From Candidatus Micrarchaeota archaeon (lineage in GTDB: Archaea; Micrarchaeota; Micrarchaeia; Anstonellales; Bilamarchaeaceae): DNA of 64,000 nucleotides. Made by a program: the position numbers and the translations under genes. The DNA lies in NCBI GenBank assembly GCA_038046805.1, contig JBBSVO010000004.1, forward strand, positions 64,001 through 128,000, read 5' to 3'. Shown in pieces: positions 60,529 through 64,000 of this stretch (the stretch's first letter is position 1; each line of letters starts with the position of its first letter). The notes beneath the pieces were generated by a model. It had not been told where the DNA came from. It was given only the letters and a program-made list of their open reading frames with translations, and made no database searches.

Positions 60529-61080
60529 ATGAAAATCCTTGCAATATCCGGCTCACCGCGAAAAGGGAATACCGAAAGATTACTGGAAGAGATGGTCAAA
60601 GACATAGAAGAAGAGAAACCGGATACGGCGGATGTTGAAACAATTCTCCTCCGAACATTAAATTTCTCCGGATGCTGTGGATGGGATGAATGCTACTACC
60701 ACGGGGAATGCAGGATAAACGACAGGATGCAAAAGGAGATTTACCAGAAAATACTTTCTGCTGACGGATTTATCTTTGCAACACCGAATTATTTCAACAA
60801 TATGAGCGGATTATTGAAGAATTTTTTTGACCGCACGAATCCGTTTGCACTGAAGAAAAAGCTCGCTGGAAAAAAAGCCGCGATTATAGTCGTTGGCGGG
60901 CAAAAGAAAACCTCTCTCGGAAAATGCGAGGATACGATTCGGGAATTTTGCCGAATCCACGGAATTCGGGTGATTGGAAGCGAACTAATTACCGCTGATA
61001 AACTTGGAGATGCGGAAAAAAATAAAAAAGCAATGGAGAAATGCAGGGAGCTTGGAAGAAAACTTGAGAGAAAGATTTAA
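60529..61080 (+). CDS. Flavodoxin-fold iron-sulfur flavoprotein family
   Basis: ISGSPRKGNT, Cys cluster, ATPNYF...LKNFFDR. Confidence 0.88.
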   Translation: MKILAISGSPRKGNTERLLEEMVKDIEEEKPDTADVETILLRTLNFSGCCGWDECYYHGECRINDRMQKEIYQKILSADGFIFATPNYFNNMSGLLKNFFDRTNPFALKKKLAGKKAAIIVVGGQKKTSLGKCEDTIREFCRIHGIRVIGSELITADKLGDAEKNKKAMEKCRELGRKLERKI

Positions 61081-61105
61081 AAGATGTTGTTAGATAAATA
61101 GGATT

Positions 61106-61597
61106 ATGGTAACTGCACTACAACTCGTAAAAAAACCTATATGTTGGGCTGGTGAACTTGGATTGAACAGAACTGCGGCACAACTACGTAGTCTACAAAC
61201 GGTTGTTCGGGAGAGAACCAATTTTTGGGGAGAATTCAAACCTCTCACAAGTGGTGGTGTGGGTACTGTGCGAGAATATATCCTGTCCGTACGGAACGTT
61301 CTTACGGAAGAAGAAGGATTACTTGTTGATCTAAAACCAAGTGAAAAAATGAAAACACCTTTAGTACATCTAAAGGAAACGGGTTCAAGGGCTACCTTCT
61401 GGACTCCTATCCTGGAGCTAGAAATAACAGACTCCAATCGGATACTCGCGGTCCTGCGCAGAGCATTCGATACACATACTTATTCGCTTGAGAGCTTCAA
61501 AAGAGAGGTTAGATATATTGCCTGTGAAATAAGGGATAAATTAGAAGAACTTGAGGGTATCTTAAATCAAATACGGCCTCCATTACAATCAGGATAG
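61106..61597 (+). CDS. Hypothetical protein
   Basis: 163-aa ORF. Confidence 0.5.
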   Translation: MVTALQLVKKPICWAGELGLNRTAAQLRSLQTVVRERTNFWGEFKPLTSGGVGTVREYILSVRNVLTEEEGLLVDLKPSEKMKTPLVHLKETGSRATFWTPILELEITDSNRILAVLRRAFDTHTYSLESFKREVRYIACEIRDKLEELEGILNQIRPPLQSG

Positions 61598-61684
61598 AAC
61601 TTCAAAAACCTGGCGAAATCATTTGCTCTCTCGACCACCATGCCCTAAAGAACATGGTTTGGCGCCATATTGCCATTTTTCAAA

Positions 61685-62080
61685 TCATATAATTCGCGAA
61701 TTCTTGTAATGCTTGAAATGCGGGTCTGTTGATATTACAAGCGCGCCTCCGTGCGCATCTGCGATTTCCATGATTATGCTGTCAATGACGGAAATGTCTT
61801 TTTCAAACTTGCGCAGTTTTGCATGCCGTTTACCAGCATTGATGTAAATATTTGGTTCAACTTCAAGAAAAACAGTGTAAAAACGCAGAAGGTCCAGGAA
61901 TTTATCCAAACCTGCGAAACCTTTTCTCTCGGAAATGCTTGAGAATTCTGCGAGCACGATCGAAGGTACGACCACGATATATCTCTGGCTTTCTATCAAA
62001 TCCCTGACTATTGCCCCCTTTTGAGAGCCGTCCGCATACTCCACCAAAGCAGAGGTATCCAAAACAACTTCATTTGCCAT
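61685..62080 (-). CDS. PIN-domain toxin (VapC)
   Basis: VVLDTSALVE, VLAEF, SVIDS, STDPHF; start taken at MANE. Confidence 0.9.
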   Translation of the reverse strand: MANEVVLDTSALVEYADGSQKGAIVRDLIESQRYIVVVPSIVLAEFSSISERKGFAGLDKFLDLLRFYTVFLEVEPNIYINAGKRHAKLRKFEKDISVIDSIIMEIADAHGGALVISTDPHFKHYKNSRII

Positions 62081-62294
62081 GATAATCTGCCCTGTCTTTT
62101 TCCGTAAATGGACCAATCTTTCCGTTTGCCATCCCAAATGCACTTTTGACAACTTTCTTGCTTCTCAGCGCAAGAGTTATTTCGCTTTCAGGAGCGAGAT
62201 TGTATTTATCTCGTTCATCCGCAGGAACGAAAATTGCAATGGAATTTCCAACCTTTTTTATTTTCCCGTGTATTAATTCTTCATGAACATCCAT
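62070..62294 (-). CDS. AbrB/MazE-type antitoxin (VapB)
   Basis: IKKVGNSIAIFVP. Confidence 0.85.
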   Translation of the reverse strand: MDVHEELIHGKIKKVGNSIAIFVPADERDKYNLAPESEITLALRSKKVVKSAFGMANGKIGPFTEKDRADYHGK

Positions 62295-62455
62295 AGTTTC
62301 ACCGAGTATAATTATACTTAGTTAAACTTATAAAACCATATTTTGTGAAAAACCTTGCGAAATCTATATAAACCCCAATCGTAGATTAAGTTTAACTGTT
62401 TCTAAATAATCAAAACTGGAAACTCTAGACTGTAAACTGGATTGGAGGTGCGGTA

Positions 62456-63160
62456 ATGGAAAAACTGAACTTTAACACTAAGACAATAGTATTTTTGGCT
62501 CTGTTCGCAATAGTTTCGCTTATAGGACTTAACGTGAATTTCTCAAAACTGGTTGGCGCTGAAAACCAATTCTTCACTCTATTCCAGTTCTTTGGACCAA
62601 TTGCAGGTGGATTCCTCGGTGCAACAGTTGGCGTGGCATCAGTATTGCTCGCACAACTGGTAAATTACCTATTCGTTGGAAAGGAATTGAATCTGCTGAA
62701 TCTGCTTAGATTGACTCCGATGTTATTCGGTGCGTACTATTTCGCAAAGAACAAGGACAGGTTGCTGAACGACAGATTAAGCATTGCAATTCCGATTGTG
62801 GCAATGGCAGCATTTATGCTTCACCCAATTGGAAGAGAAGTCTGGTATTTCTCGCTTTACTGGACAATTCCGATAATTGCAAAGCTTTTGCCAGACCATT
62901 TAATCCTCAGAAGCCTTGGAGCAACTATGACGACTCACGCGGTTGGCGGTGCATTCTGGGTATGGACGATTCCGATGACTGCGGCACAATGGCAGGCATT
63001 GATTCCGGTTGTTGCATACGAACGCGCATTGTTTGCACTGGGAATTGCGGCGAGCTATGTTGCATTCAACACCGTACTTAACAAGATTGCGGAAATAAAT
63101 CCCGGAATATTTGGCGGTATGGTGAACGTAGAGCAAAAATACGTGCTTGCTAAATTCTGA
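62456..63160 (+). CDS. Conserved multi-pass membrane protein (possible ECF S-component-like)
   Basis: 6-7 TM helices; SD GGAGGTG. Confidence 0.65.
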   Translation: MEKLNFNTKTIVFLALFAIVSLIGLNVNFSKLVGAENQFFTLFQFFGPIAGGFLGATVGVASVLLAQLVNYLFVGKELNLLNLLRLTPMLFGAYYFAKNKDRLLNDRLSIAIPIVAMAAFMLHPIGREVWYFSLYWTIPIIAKLLPDHLILRSLGATMTTHAVGGAFWVWTIPMTAAQWQALIPVVAYERALFALGIAASYVAFNTVLNKIAEINPGIFGGMVNVEQKYVLAKF

Positions 63161-63368
63161 GGAAAAACTGTTCTTTTTTCTTTTTCAAATTTTTATTTTT
63201 TCTTTTTATCGTTCATAGTTCTGGTTTTTTTATTTTTACCTGCATTATTCTTCTGGTTTGATTTTTCCTTTTTTAATCCCTCGAATTCCCCTCAGCTTGC
63301 TGCGGGGGAGGTTCATCTTTCGCTCTTTTTCTCCTTGATTTTTATTCTTTCCCATATTTATCTTTCAT

Positions 63369-64000
63369 ATGAAAATCCGCCTTTGCATAGACAAAACAGT
63401 TCACGACAATGCGGCATATTACTACGATCAGGCAAAGGAAATGCGGGAAAAGGCAAAGGGACTTGAAACAGCAATCGCGGAAACAAAAAAAGAGATGGAA
63501 AAGGCGCAAAAAGAGGAGAAGAAAAAAACTGAGAAATTAAAGGAATCCGTGAAAGTCAAGCGCGAAAAAGAATGGTACGAAAAATTCCACTGGTTTAATA
63601 CATCCGGAAACAGGCTCGCAATCGGTGGAAAGGACGCACAGCAGAACGACCTGGTCTTTGCAAGGTATATGGACGAGGGCGATTTGTTCTTCCACGCGGA
63701 CATACAGGGCGGCTCAGTAGTAATATTAAAAGACGGAACAAACGCGAGCGAACAGGAGAAAAAGGAGGCGGCGCAGTTCGCGGCATCATTTTCAAACGCA
63801 TGGAAAAACGGGAATGCAAGCGTTGATGTTTACGCAGTGCAAAAGAGCCAGATTTCAAAACACGCAACCGGAGGATATATACCCACGGGCGCGTTCGCGA
63901 TAACCGGAAGCAGAGAATGGTTCAGGAAAACGACTCTTGGCCTGCGGCTCGGGAAGACCGGAAAACCGGAAATAGCTGTCATTGTTCCGCAACTATCGGA
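63369..64000 (+). CDS. NFACT-R (DUF814) RNA-binding protein, short Rqc2/NEMF homologue; cut by the window end
   Basis: Hand translation: NAAYYYDQAK, WYEKFHWF, GGKDAQQND, FHADIQGGS, FSNAW, TGAFAITGSREW. Confidence 0.88.
   Translation, partial: MKIRLCIDKTVHDNAAYYYDQAKEMREKAKGLETAIAETKKEMEKAQKEEKKKTEKLKESVKVKREKEWYEKFHWFNTSGNRLAIGGKDAQQNDLVFARYMDEGDLFFHADIQGGSVVILKDGTNASEQEKKEAAQFAASFSNAWKNGNASVDVYAVQKSQISKHATGGYIPTGAFAITGSREWFRKTTLGLRLGKTGKPEIAVIVPQLS

Overview
Archaeal chromosome segment, most likely from a DPANN lineage such as Micrarchaeota (inference from TFB, topoisomerase VI A/B, Sm, the KH rRNA-processing protein, GGTGA Shine-Dalgarno motifs, a BHB-intron tRNA and large orphan membrane proteins). 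Core genes: nadM, smc, grpE-dnaK-J-dnaJ, Sm, ogg, top6B/A, carB, tfb, tldD and a short Rqc2/NFACT gene cut by the window edge. Accessory content: (1) a ~6.3 kb tyrosine-integrase island in a two-intron tRNA-Thr(GGT), bounded by a 12-bp att repeat, whose cargo gene sits between 16-bp repeats; (2) a membrane-anchored PLD / 1743-aa protein / lytic-transglycosylase cluster that could be a host cell-wall attack apparatus; (3) a 1906-aa protein next to a pilin-like gene; (4) six toxin-antitoxin pairs (3 AbiE, 1 RelBE, 2 VapBC); (5) several families of small palindromic elements, which have entered a tRNA intron, the carB reading frame, an HTH gene and each other. A tandem structured motif lies upstream of dnaK, and grpE lacks a canonical start codon. 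No CRISPR array or rRNA was seen. All protein calls come from motif recognition by eye; no database searches were run.
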